DNA of 64,000 nt, from NCBI GenBank assembly GCA_051294905.1, contig CM119371.1:9364001-9428000 (forward strand), in the 5' to 3' direction. Below, piece after piece: positions 13,720-25,861 of this stretch. The stretch's first letter is position 1, and each line of letters starts with the position of its first letter. A model generated the notes under the pieces. It worked only from the letters and a program-made list of their open reading frames with translations, made no database searches and had not been told where the DNA came from. This DNA comes from Botryllus schlosseri. Taxonomy: Eukaryota. The translations under genes and the position numbers were made by a program.

Positions 13720-14167
13720 TTATTAATGACGATGCATCTTCGGTTGGCATAATTCTTATTAGTCACTTTGCTACATGCTGATGTATCTTGTCCTGCCAAC
13801 AGGATTGTCGGTGTAGTGGAAATATATTGGAATCTCCAAAACCTACCAGAAACAAATTTCTTTCGTAAGAAGCACACGATTCCAAGTTGGTATTTCTAGA
13901 TAAGGTGCATCATTTTCCTCCGCTGTTCGCATCTGTACTGTGGAGCTCAGATTGCCAAGGGCGCTACTATATTATAATCGAAATATGAAGTCGCATTGAA
14001 TCGCGCACAGCGCGAAGACAATTTCAAGATTAATTAAAATCGATACATATTCGGGAGACAATTTCTAAATTCAATTTTCATGCCGACGACCGCCAACACA
14101 TACTAATTGAATTACGTATCCACGGCCGCACAAATTTCCTTCTACGGCCGCAGGTTGCCCACCCGTG
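13720..14167 (-). mobile_element. Partial hAT MITE (end CAGGGGTGGGCAACCTGCGGCCG family)
   Basis: Ends gcaggttgcccacccgtg. Homologous to ~59560-60005 (same orientation and flank) and to ~49506-50300 (inverted). Confidence 0.7.
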
Positions 14168-14415
14168 ATCTTAACCGCCCCTTCCATTCAATATCGTGTC
14201 CTGAAACCCACCTCTATGACCACTAAATTCAAACTATAGCTTTGTTGAATCCGACGCAAGACTATCTACTCCAATAAATTGAAAAGGGCTATATACAGCT
14301 CAGACTCAAATAACTAAAGATAAATATCTAAACTGGCAGTTCTGGACTCAGTATTTACATCCACAATGTTTGTAGTAATACCGCGAGTAGCTGCTATATA
14401 TGATGCCATTTAATA

Positions 14416-15002
14416 CAGGGGTGGCCAACCTTTTCGGTCAAAGGGCCACATGAGATTAATACGAACCATGGCGCGGGCCACTTGAACGTTGATGACCTTT
14501 TTATAATCCTTCCGATAGGAGCGAACCGGATCGGGTAACAGCGAAAACAGTACTTATAATAAAACTCATAAAAATAAATAACAATTAGCCTATGACATGA
14601 AGAGTCGGTGTACATCCACGAACTAGCCCAGCACGGCGCGAAATTGTTTCGAAGATAATGGATGAATCCGCTCATAATATTGAAACTTGCGTATATACTG
14701 CATATACCACTGGGCTCATTTGGCAAGGACAGGATTATTCGGAGCTTGGACTTATAAATATCGAAGATTTCGCATAATATTCGAAATATTGTACTTTACG
14801 GTCATAAACGACGATCTACGAAAGGTGTGGCCGGCCCCTGGCTACGCCAATGCGTCGGAACTGATATTTTAGTCATCAAAATCCCAAATTTTGCGATCAA
14901 GCTAATTATATTTTGGTTATTTGGTTTTAGTAAATTATTTTGCAAGGATTACCCGGCGGGTCACGCAAAACCTTTTCGCGGTCCACGGGTTGGCTGCCCC
15001 TG
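14416..15002 (+). mobile_element. Buster/Charlie-type hAT MITE
   Basis: TIR caggggtggccaacc / ggttggctgcccctg. Perfect TSD atttaata. The same insertion is present at 43072-43656. Confidence 0.92.
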
Positions 15003-16229
15003 ATTTAATACGTGTCATGACAGAATACCATATTTTGAAACAAAATGATCGATAGCCTGCGATTATTACTTTTATTTGTAGGGTCCCCGATTGGGCCAGC
15101 TAAGACCTAACAAGGAACGCTCTACTTACTGTATTGGCGGGCTCATGATCTCGTCTCTTCGCGATTGCCGCCGGCACACAAGAACCACCAACTCACAGCA
15201 CAAGTGGTTTTACACATAAGATTATATTCCAACGATACGGTATACTAAAAACAGTTATGCCCACAAAGTTGAACGGAAACTGACGACAAAATCCATACGA
15301 TGCATACACATTTCCACCAAACTCTACAATATTTTTATCCAGAATTGCACCTTGCACACACACCAGCAGCACCCCTGTAATTTACAGGCGAGTATACGGA
15401 ATCGCAACGAGACACATCACTCCCTCGACGCTCCAGTAAGTATGTATCTTCAGTGTCAAGGGCATGTCCCAACCAATCTTTCCCCAAATAACCTCACAGG
15501 TATGTAATATGTATACAGCCAACTCAAGCTGTATACATATTAAAAGTGAGAACTTCTAGTTCTAGTTCCAGATTTTGAAAATGATAAGTCGCTGTAGTTA
15601 TAGTTCTAGTTGCTGATTTTCAAAATTAAGTAGGTTCTAGTTGCGCATTTGAAAAGGATATTACTTTTTGAACATCTAGAAAACACGTGTCGTCGTTAGG
15701 CGCGAATCGTGATTCCAGTGTTCTGTATTATGACGTGCATCCAGCCATTTCTACTTCAAAGGCATCACCTTTACAGTGGCATATCCAACGCGAGGGTTCT
15801 GGGGATTCGAAAACCCGTCCTTTTGAAATGTCGATTGTATTTCTATTACTAATATTTCTGGTATAATAAAAAATTTTGAGTGGCCACAAGGAAGTAAATC
15901 TTGTTCAGAAGGGATATCAACGATGTCATCATATGTGGACCCTTACCCAAATCTTCAAGCTTTCGGAGAACCCCTAATTTTCAGTAATTCAAAAAGCAAT
16001 AACAAACGTCTACCACATTGACCATCTAACACACATTCAATGTATTACTATTTGATACTGGTGTGCGAAATGCTCTGCGCATCAGCAGAATGTCACACAA
16101 ACTGAACAAATATAACATGACTTTTACACGAAATGAAAGCACTATCATGAGTATTTAGGCCTATTGCATATCATTGTGACTTCAGCCGTGCCCTTCCAGA
16201 CACCAGCTCAGAAACATGTGGCTCTACAG

Positions 16230-17755
16230 CAGTGGTTCTAAACCTTGCCCCCAGCGCCCCCCAGGGGGCGCTGGCGATCTTGAAGGGGGCGGAAACGCTC
16301 AGGGGGCGATATGGGGGGCGCTGGGCACAGGGGGGCGGTATGGGGGGGCGCTGGAGAAAAATGGCTTTGGAGTAGATGATGTGGTGATGGGACATATCCC
16401 TAATGAGTATTCAGAGCAAATTAACACCGAAAACTTCGTTACATATAGCCTTCAAAATACATATAGGTTTAATTGTCCATGGGCGCCTAAATGACTGACA
16501 CCGAATGTTCCTGTCTTGGCAATCTTAACCCCAGAAGACGAATTCCATCTGGCAGGGAAAATTATACGTCAGTGAAGAAATACCAATCTGGAATCGTGTC
16601 CGTCTTTTAGTTTAGTACGATTGGGCGACAGGGATATTCCTGTTGGGCGATATCCCCGTTGAGCGATTCTATATTTTTTGATATTGCAGACATCATGCAA
16701 CGAAGTCATACCAACGGGTTCGCCAGCCCGAATATGTTTAATTATTAGTAACGGGCCCTACAGTTTCCAAGAAACCTCACAATGTTCGCTTTAAGTTTTG
16801 ATGAGTCTGCGCACACTCAACAACTCACTGCGGTGACCCTTGGACAACAGTGCGTAACGACTAAAAAAGGGTAATAACTTCGGATTTGTTGTGCGCAACG
16901 TAGATTTTCTGTGTGCAGAGACCGTGTCAGCACTGCGCACGTGCGCAGCTTAGAGGGAACATTGCACCTCACTCAGCTCAACCGGTAAATGTGTTTACGT
17001 GAGCAGAGAGAGGATAAAAATTGAGATCAATTTACATGCAATTCCCGATGATATTGACCAATTCAATCATCAATTAGTGAAATTTTTCGCACTTCGCGCG
17101 AATAGGCGAGAACAGCTGCCTCAGTAAATTGACACCCAATGTAGATACCTAATAGACTATCAGCAAATAGCGGACAGCCTAATGGGGGTCTGGGAGTGAA
17201 GTCCCCCGGAAGTTTGGTTTATCACCCGATGGGGGCCCAGGACCAACGTTTTTTGTTTGGGGGGAGGCTGACGAAGTGCTGTTACGGCCCTGGTAACGAA
17301 TAATTGTACCTGCGGGCACGCCCGAATATGTTTAATTATTAATTACGTGCCTTTTATTTTCCTATACAACAGCTCACTCAGTGCTACTGGTAAATCTGAT
17401 TACGTGGGCTGAGAGGATAAAAAGTTTATAGCGACTTATATATGTAATTACCACCTATTCATTCATGCATTATGGAAAATTTTGGTACCTAGGGCGACCA
17501 GGCCACATAAATTTTGCTGACCATCAAAATCAGGATATGGGGTTCGTGGGGGCGAAGCCCTCAGAAGTTCGGTTTATCACGCTATGGGTGCGCAAGGCAA
17601 TTGTTTTTAGGAGGGTTAACGAAGTGCTGTTACGGCCCTCCCTCTTATTCATTGTCTTTATTACATTCCTTACAATATGAAGTTGGGGGGGGGGGCGCTG
17701 GAGCACGATAATTTTTGAAAGGGGGCGCTGGAAGAAAAAAGGTTAAGAACCACTG
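16230..17755 (+). mobile_element. Buster/Charlie-type hAT non-autonomous element
   Basis: TIR cagtggttctaaacctt / aaggttaagaaccactg. Perfect TSD ctctacag (16222-16229, 17756-17763). Absent at the paralogous sites ~46485 and ~61720. Confidence 0.93.
16780..16964 (-). mobile_element. Small hAT MITE (CAATGTTCCCTCTAA family, TGCGCA-rich)
   Basis: Ends caatgttcgctttaa / ttagagggaacattg. Near-TSD aacctcac / cacctcac. Homologous to 36456-36627. Confidence 0.75.
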
Positions 17756-18109
17756 CTCTACAGGATAAAGTTAGGCGCTATCAAGTTGTTCGGTGCGACA
17801 AGACTTGCTTAATCATGAAATAGCAAGTAAAATGGGAGATAGCATCGGCATTTTATATTTAATTAATTATTTCGGACTCCATAGGCCAATGACAATCGCT
17901 ACCACCAAGACGGTTACAATTCGACTACCGATCGAGCCTAACTGTCTGCAACAAATGATGGCAAAGCCGGCGTGTGATTACAAAACATATGTATGAGTTT
18001 AGTGTGTGTCGGGACCGACTGCGACAACGCTATACCGCAAATTACATAAATATTCAAGTAGGCTGCAATATGTGATACGGTTCTCGCAGCAAGGAGCGAA
18101 TTGACAATA

Positions 18110-20092
18110 TCACAATCCGACCAAAAAGTCAAATGGACTGCAAGCGGCAACCTGAGACTCCGTAGAGCAGCGATAGTACCAAAGGTCGACGTCATCTTCT
18201 ATGGATGCATTCCAGTAGTACCACGATATGACAATGTTCCGTCCTTTTTCTCGCATTCGACCTACATAATCGGTGATTGCCAAACGAGCAGGAAGTTCTT
18301 CTACCCATATATACGGAATAAAAAGCACTTGGAGTTTATGGCAATTGTTGAAGAGTGTGTCTAAGACCTCAAATATTTCAGGGACAATCGCACGCCCCTC
18401 ACGATCGCACTCTATAGATATCCACCGCAATTGCTTGCACTGGGACAAGTGGTTGGGCAAAGCTTTTGAGAAATCCAATAGATCATGGCCTAATTGGAGA
18501 TGAATGAGATTCGGCATCAACTGTAAACACTTGGTAAATTCCGTATATTCACAAGCACTACGGCAGCCAACGTCAACAAGCACTAACGATCTTAACTTGT
18601 GCAGATCCAGAAATATTTTTTCCAATTGTTCAACACCTTTCAACCTGATTCCGCGAATAGCCAGGTGCTCAAGTTTTGACAAGTCTACAATACAGGTTAG
18701 ATCCTTGGTGTCGATATGGATCCAAGATTCATAGGGACCTTCCAATTCCAATTTCGCCAAATTCGGAAACGTGGACACTAAATCGCCGAAAAAAGTGGTT
18801 CTTCCACGTGAAAACCTAAATGCGGAACATGTAGAGTACGAGGAGGAGGGGTTCGAATATGAACGTTTTTGCATTGTTTCATTAACGCAAATAGCCAGAC
18901 CCCGTAACTGCTTCAGATTTTTTGTAGCGTCCAAGAACTTGAATAGGTGCAGCGAATAGCCTAGCAGATTGAGCTCCACTATATTCGTGAATGAGCCAAG
19001 TCTTTGGTATAGTTTTGAAGGGGCTTCCCATCTACGCCCATGAAACCTCCAAATGTCTAAATGGGTCAATTGCGGCATTTGGCAGTCTAAAAGTATACCT
19101 GTGATGGTATTTTTTAAACACTCAAATCTAATGTTTTTCACGGATGGAGACACAGAGAGAAATTCAAGAGCTGGCAGTGAGGAGGGGAAAGACGCCCCAT
19201 CACATTGGCAAGGCCTGTCATTGCCACCACTCCAAATTCCAACAGGAAGAGATATAACTACAATCCCATTCAACTTCTTTTTGTTGTTGTTGTTGTTGTT
19301 GCTGTTGTTGTTGTTGTTGTTGTTATTGTCTTTTTTACCGCGATGCAATCCACAATTTTCCAGCATATTCACAGTTTTAATATACCATTGTTCTTGTGAA
19401 CCATCCATAGATACAATATCGTCTGCATATATTGAATAGTTGGTTATTTCATGAAGTGTATGCCGTGATGGTTCACTTATAAATGAATGAACCCTCATGT
19501 TACGTATTGACACTGAGTGTGATTCCTTGTCACAGCAAAGCTTGAAGAATTGGTCGAAATAGTTTGTTTTGTTGGTTCTTCCTCGACCAGCATTAACGAA
19601 ATCGATGTGAAGAATTTTCAATTGCAATATCTGATCCTCCACATCGGTAACAAACTCCGACAATGTATTCCCCGACATTAACAAGCACAGATTTTGAAGG
19701 CATGGTGTTCGTCGTAATAAAGCAGTCAACTGACTGGCGTTGAGGAGTAGACCAGTCAAGTCCAATGTCGAAAGATGATTTAGTGTCGGTAGATTTGTGA
19801 ATAAAGACTTCGAAAACCAAGAGCAATGTCGAAAGCACAGTTGCTTGATGACATTTTTAGCTTTTCTTATCGTTCTTTCACATAATTCCTTCGACATAAA
19901 AACACAATTCGTGAAGTCCAATCTTTCATTCAATTCCGCTTCGCCACAGAGGCAGTAAAACATTTTGCAAACTAATTGTACATGCTGTATACGTTGTTCT
20001 AAGGGTATATATTGCAATACTTCTAGCCACATATCCCGTGGAAGCGTTTCCAGATTGAAATAGTTAGATATTGATCCATCAATTTCAGCCAT
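18110..20092 (-). CDS. F-box/LRR-repeat protein, FBXL18-like, copy 1 (660 aa, uninterrupted ORF)
   Basis: N-terminal F-box (LETLPRDMWLEVLQYIP...VQLVCKMFYCLC) followed by LRR-like units (LSTLDLTG, LQNLCL, LTHLDI, LAKLELEG, LEHLAIRG, LRSLVL). N-terminal layout (IKQLCFRHCSWF...LDLTGLLLNASQLTALL) and the C-terminal S.VA motif recall FBXL18. Orthology was judged by eye only. Confidence 0.9.
   Translation of the reverse strand: MAEIDGSISNYFNLETLPRDMWLEVLQYIPLEQRIQHVQLVCKMFYCLCGEAELNERLDFTNCVFMSKELCERTIRKAKNVIKQLCFRHCSWFSKSLFTNLPTLNHLSTLDLTGLLLNASQLTALLRRTPCLQNLCLLMSGNTLSEFVTDVEDQILQLKILHIDFVNAGRGRTNKTNYFDQFFKLCCDKESHSVSIRNMRVHSFISEPSRHTLHEITNYSIYADDIVSMDGSQEQWYIKTVNMLENCGLHRGKKDNNNNNNNNSNNNNNNKKKLNGIVVISLPVGIWSGGNDRPCQCDGASFPSSLPALEFLSVSPSVKNIRFECLKNTITGILLDCQMPQLTHLDIWRFHGRRWEAPSKLYQRLGSFTNIVELNLLGYSLHLFKFLDATKNLKQLRGLAICVNETMQKRSYSNPSSSYSTCSAFRFSRGRTTFFGDLVSTFPNLAKLELEGPYESWIHIDTKDLTCIVDLSKLEHLAIRGIRLKGVEQLEKIFLDLHKLRSLVLVDVGCRSACEYTEFTKCLQLMPNLIHLQLGHDLLDFSKALPNHLSQCKQLRWISIECDREGRAIVPEIFEVLDTLFNNCHKLQVLFIPYIWVEELPARLAITDYVGRMREKGRNIVISWYYWNASIEDDVDLWYYRCSTESQVAACSPFDFLVGL
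19280..19329 (-). repeat. (AAC)n microsatellite encoding a poly-Asn tract in F-box copy 1
   Basis: (ttg)n on the + strand. The protein reads KKDNNNNNNNNSNNNNNNKKKL. Confidence 0.95.
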
Positions 20093-20375
20093 GTTCGAGA
20101 GCTGTTTTTTGTCAGTATATAAAGGTAATTATTAACCAATTTAAAATTAGACTGACTCCTAAAATATTGTAACTGTAACAAATATTGTAACATAAGCTGG
20201 AATGGAAATGGCCTTTCATGGCAAAGTTTGAGCTGTTTTCACTGCATCTCCTGGAATTATTTTTATCGAACACTAAATTTCATTTTTATGGATGTAACAA
20301 GTGAAGCATGTATAATAAAAGATCGCAAGTAGGCATTTTGGAACATTTGATTATTCAAGCCGGAGCTGTCTGGTA

Positions 20376-21015
20376 ACGATATGGGGCAAACGTAAGGTTC
20401 ACGTTCGTGTTCAGTGTGTGAACCTCAGAAATTTGAAGCTTCACGATGACAAACGAGCGTTGGCATGTTCTACATTGCGAACATTTTTCATATATTGCAA
20501 TTTTCCACATCAATATAACATCAAGTCTTTCCATTTAAAATTTAGCCGCTGGCAGCATGAAAAAACAGGCACTATACGAGCATGCACCTTGTCAAGTTAA
20601 TAAAAAATGTCAATTTAAAATAAAAGATTTTACTCTGTTAGAAAAAGTTTGCTCGAAATATCCAGCTTTCCGTTTGTGAATGTTTACAGTGGCTCTCTGA
20701 TGTGAGTTTGACTCGCTATCACACAACAACAAGGCTATAATACACTACATGGAGCTAGTGAGCAGATTGTTCCTGTTCGTCTTAAACCAATCAATTATTG
20801 TTGACATCAACGAAAGTGATAGAATGAATGCGTCGTTGTCGAATGTAAAAAGTATATCAGGCGCACTGGAGTCATCTTGATTTCATATGTTTATTGTATC
20901 ATGAAAACCAAATCCGTTCGATAGGGGCGTTGGCTACCGCTGTATAACTTGTTTTTGAAGTAATATCTGCAGCAACTACAAAGCCAACAGGATTTTCACT
21001 CTTATCAATATCATT
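20376..21015 (+). mobile_element. Family-A hAT-like element, left part
   Basis: Colinear with 1016-1577 (aggttcacgttcg, gctcgaaatatccagcttt, catcat/gaaaacca). Interrupted by the 21024-28668 element. Confidence 0.7.
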
Positions 21016-21140
21016 GTATCAATTAGAGATGGTGTGAACCTCTGAAAGGTTCAGGTTCGTGTGAACGCGAACGTGAACCTCATGACTTCGTGTGACGTCA
21101 TATTGCTAATTTCAACCCTACATTTCAGTGAAGTGATAGC

Positions 21141-22139
21141 TAGGGCCATTTTTATATGACCTTAAAAATCAATTATATGACTTTATTTTTGGGAAAATAT
21201 GACTTTATGCGAAAATCGTGTATTTTTCACGTAACCAACGTCACTCATGGAACTGACGAGTAAAACATGAACAACATAACAGTAATACACATCTATTTTT
21301 AGTTTAAACCACTTTTGTAGTACAGTTTCGTGTAGTGTGGAATGATGGAGTCTTTAAAGTTACGATTTGGACGTAAAAATGACTTTAGTAAGGAAAATTA
21401 GCGCTCCACAGACGCTGATGTTGGTTGACACTTCTGCAGTTTTGCATACAGCGCTCGTGAAATGTCTTGTCTTTGTAGCTCCATAATTTGTTTCACATCG
21501 TTTTTGTCCAATCGGTTCTTAAAGTAATTTTTGAACTCAAGCGGATCTTTTCCGAATCGAGGGCATTTACATCAGCATGAGCCTCTTTGATAGTCTACGT
21601 ACAACTTTTCATTTTCAGTATCAAGTTTGAAATATTGTTGTAGTGGAGGCATATTTCTGTTAACTGACTCGTCAACTTTGGATCGTTCACTGAATCTTTG
21701 ACGCTCTTTACAATAACTCCTTCAGCTTCCCATGCGTTGACTATTTATTTCACTTAAGTGGAAGTCTCTGAACTTCAAATGACGTCCCACTTCAGTGCAC
21801 AGAAGTAAAACAGATTGTGTAGCAACACAATGCAATGTGTGATCTCATAGATCTGCGACTGTAATGTTATGTAGGCTAACCTTACAGTTTGCCTTCGTTC
21901 AATCAGAAATTACCTTACTTTCTTCGTGCGTAATTTCTTCAATTGGCACTTTTTATTTAAAGTATACAACAATATGACTTTATAACTCAAATATGACCAA
22001 ACCAGGAAAATATGACTTTATATGACTTTATAACTTTCTTAATATACCCCATATGGATGCGGTTTTTGCGTTAAAATTGATTTCACGACTTACTGATGCA
22101 TAGAAAAAAATATGACTTTAATGACTTTAAGTGGCCCTA
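21141..22139 (-). mobile_element. Deleted hAT transposon with degenerate transposase C-terminus
   Basis: TIR tagggccattt / aagtggcccta. Perfect TSD gtgatagc. ATGACTTTA subterminal repeats. ~21340-21770(-) reads IVNAWEAEGVIVKSVKDSV...DPLEFKNYFKNRL...LYAKLQKCQPTSASVER*FSLLKSFLRPNRNF, with stops and frameshifts. Confidence 0.9.
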
Positions 22140-22190
22140 GTGATAGCCTATATCAGTGCTCTTCAACCGGGGTTTTCGTACACCCTAGGG

Positions 22191-23643
22191 CAGGGGTCAC
22201 CAACCTTTTTGCAACCGAGGGCTACTTTTGCGTAGCGATTGAAGCGGCGGGCTACTATTTACACCCGCCGTTTACCCGTACCACACTGAATTTCCGATTT
22301 GATGACATAGCACTGGGCAGGACTGGACATCATGTTATCTGTTTCTATAGCAGTCAGTGGAAAGCCTGGCATTGTATGATATCAACTAGTGCCCTGTACT
22401 CTGGTATGTAACTTGACACTGCAATTCTGAGTGAGTATTAGCGATGTGCATTAATTAAGCGTGTTTTGTGTATGTTTTTGATGAATTTCACGTCCGATAA
22501 AGCTGATTCACAACGATAAGTTGAACCGTAGACGCTTGTAACCTTCATAGCTGCTGCGCATACACCACTCTGCTTTTTCGTATCAACCAGGCAACAAACA
22601 TTTGCTGCAGACTGAGGTGGGGGTCATTTTGCAGTGCTACAATTTCAATCTCCAACTGTTCAGCATCCAGAAATGACAAGATTTCATTGTACCAGACAGC
22701 AGCAACGATTACAGAAAGTTAGAAACATGGTATATTAAACTGCGTTGAGTGTAACAGAAACAAGCTGTGTCAAAAGATGCAATACGGAATGGGTATACAG
22801 ATATTAAAATATGCTAGTACTTCACGGCTATCTGACTTCGAATAGTAATATCGTTTACTACTTTGGCATTGCCCTGGACCGTCCAGCGTGAGCGAATTCG
22901 TCGGGCCTTCAAGGCTGACGGCTACGACTTGCCAAGATGTCACAAACGGGTTCGGGACTTCGTGATCGGACACAGCAAAAAAATCCGTAAGTGTGTGGAA
23001 GAAGAGCTTATGGCAATGTAATGGAGTGATGGACGTTTTTCGATCACGTTGGACAAATCAACTCCTACACGAAACAGGCGTACATGAATTTAAACGCTCA
23101 TTATCCGGGTGGCTTTCTATCGCTGGGTTTCATTCGTATTCACGGGAGCATGTTTTTGTGTCAATATTACAAGGAATAAATGTTGTTTTTGTAGCTTGTA
23201 TGTGCATATTGCTACTTTGCTAATCCCAGGAAATCCCGATCCCGGGATTTGAAATTTAATCCCGAAGTCCCAACCCTACGACGTCGAGCTATCAAACGGA
23301 ACCCCCGTAATTTCAAGAAGACCGTTGATGGCATTCCCTCATGTCGCCTGTATAGGCAATGCGCCGTATCTTCAATTTCTGGTGATTCTATCGCATACAT
23401 CTTATTACAAATTGTAATTGAAAATATTTTTCGGTGGTTACATATGTAAGTTACAAGTTAGTGTGTTTTAAACAATAATAGCTGAATCAATCAATCTATA
23501 TATATTTAAAAGCTCACTGGTAATAATCTGACGAATATTGGTAAATGCTGCTATTCCACCCATTTTTAGAATGGGCTCGCGGGCTACTCATCTAGTCGTC
23601 GCGGGCTACCTGGGGCCCGCGGGCACCGGGTTGGTGACCCCTG
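22191..23643. mobile_element. Buster/Charlie-type hAT element nested in 22154-25255
   Basis: TIR caggggtcaccaacc / ggttggtgacccctg. Perfect TSD ccctaggg (22183-22190, 23644-23651). Confidence 0.92.
22890..23278 (+). mobile_element. Truncated copy of the ATCCCGGGAT hAT family with transposase fragment
   Basis: Reverse complement of ~39963-40375. Ends gaagtcccaacccta. Encodes degenerate RFSITLDKSTPTRNRR/YMNLNAHYPGGFLSLGFIRIHGSM, the region of the first catalytic Asp of hAT transposases. Confidence 0.8.
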
Positions 23644-25861
23644 CCCTAGGGTGTACCAAAATTTTAAAAGGGTGTACCACTCACATGGAGTGTACAGGGG
23701 TGTACCAGATCTGAATTAAAATGGACCGATGACTATTTATAGCTATCACAATAAGCAGGCAATTGTATGCTTCAGAACATCAATATGTTGACCGGGCGTG
23801 CATTATCGTAAAATATGTTCATATCGGCTGTACGAGCTTGTAAGCTATATTCCTTTTGGTGTATCATAAGAATATGTTTGTGCACATCACTTATATGTTG
23901 GTATCGACTTTTTGATTCCTTTTGGAGTAATTTATATATAGTGTAATCTGAGTCCCACCGAACAAATGCAAATCGTAAAGGAAAATGATGCACCCCATAA
24001 AGAAATACCAAGACAGATACGCATGCGTGTATGCCTACACCCCTCCATCAGCTCCATCGCTCAATTATTCACGTGTGCCAAGAATGAATAAATAGTTGAC
24101 AGTAATATATGAAACTACCCGTATTATAGACGAAATACATTTTCCACATGTAAAAGTTTTTAGCGCCCGCGCGACTACTGTTACAATTAAAAACTACTCG
24201 ACGCAAGGTATAACCTCAAGAAATCAGTGAAGGCGCAGAACACCACTCTCCGCGGTGTGAAATTGCCAGTAGCCAATTTAACATGAGTATATGCAGGGCC
24301 GAAACAACACTTCGTCAGCCCCCTTAAAATAACATTGATCTTGGGCGTCATAGCGTCATAAACCAAACAGTAGACCCCACATCAAGGTTACGTTTTAGCC
24401 GCTACTTTGTCAGCGTAATTTGTTATACACTTTAGTGGGCTAGTGTATAGCGAAAGATCGCGCGCGGCGTGAAATTTTCCATAATTCGTGATTGAATCCG
24501 TCAATAATATCAAAAATTGTATACATATTGTTTTAACTTTTGTTTTTCTCTCTCTCTGTCCAGGTAATCAGATTTACTTCAAGATTTATCATCAAAATGA
24601 ATTTTTTTGGAAAATGTAGGAAAGGTAAATAAAAATAATTCGGGCGGGCCCCTTGGTCCCCTCGGGGTTTTCAGCCAGCACAAGGGTGGTCCTTTTTGAG
24701 CAATATTTTCTCGCTAATGATCATTCTGGCACACTTCTAGGATCGCATTTTGTTACATGGCCTAAAACTTCATATGTCTTGGAGCGTCGTGACGCGGTAA
24801 TGGCCGACACCGAAATGCCCATTGCTTTTAATCTTGCATATTTTTTCTTGGGGAAGGCTACTCAATAATCAAGAAATTTGACATTTCATCGAGCGTAGGG
24901 CGAAAAAAATTCAATGAAGTTGAACAAATTTTTGAAAATATACTCGATAATTTATGTTTATTCAAGAAATAATTTTTGGACCCCTTCGAGCTCACCCCCC
25001 CCCCAATCGACGGGTTTGGGGTGCGGCAGTTAGAGTCCTGATTATATGACGTCCAGATGGGCCAACACGACTCTACGCCGGAATGTGGTAGTATGCTATG
25101 TAAGGAATCGAAGCACGGCCGTAAATAACAAGGAGGTTGAACACCCTTGGTCTAGGCTTACTATACGGAATCAATGAGTTATCCGGTCAGGGGTGTACCA
25201 GTTTCAAGTAAACCTTAAAAGGGTGTACCACGACGAAAAAGGTTGAAGAGCACTGGCCTATATTACTGTATAGTGTACACCAGTGGTTTTTGACCTTGCC
25301 TCCAGCGCCCCCTCAAGGGTCGCTGGCGATTTTGAAGGGGGCGGAAACGCTCAGGGGGCGATCTTGGGGGCGCTGAAGAAAAATGGCTTCGCAGTAGATG
25401 GTGTAGTAGTATGACATTTCCTTAATCAGTATCCTGGGCGAATTAACATTCCACAAAACATGTCAAATCCCGAAATTTTTGGTCGCGCTGCGCGACGATG
25501 TTTCATATGTTTTCATAAATGTAGTGAAATATAATATGTCATGTAAAAAGAATTGCGCGTAATTTTCGATCGCTAATTTGCCGTTAAAACGCCGCCGTCA
25601 CGCTTGCTAGGGTTATTTTCAACAACAAGTATCGAATTAGGTATTATATACCGCAGCGCAATGCGGGTGAAAATCGAAGTAGGAGACACTGTATATCACT
25701 TTTGAGAGTGAGAGCCCCTTATACATAAAACAAGTTTTGAAGCTTTGTGCACGAAATGAATAACTAAATATACTTGTATTTGAGGCCCACAAAATAAAAT
25801 CGTTAGAATATTTCTTCAACGTATCATAAAGGATGATACTATCTAGTGTCGTGGTTTGCAG

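Larger units (their letters stand above)
22154..25255. mobile_element. Buster/Charlie-type hAT non-autonomous element (GGGTGTACCA repeats)
   Basis: TIR cagtgctcttcaacc / ggttgaagagcactg. Perfect TSD gcctatat (22146-22153, 25256-25263). Confidence 0.92.

Noticed and set aside
18101..19439. Plus-strand ORFs overlapping the F-box genes (also at 47042-48860 and 62158-63133)
   Set aside because: Antisense shadows of the real CDS. Their similarity across copies follows from the duplication, and their stops are not conserved.
20093..20115. Splice acceptor just upstream of the copy 1 ATG (aaaaaacag)
   Set aside because: The AG is not conserved in copy 2 (aaaaaacat) and there is no pyrimidine tract, so an upstream coding exon is unsupported.
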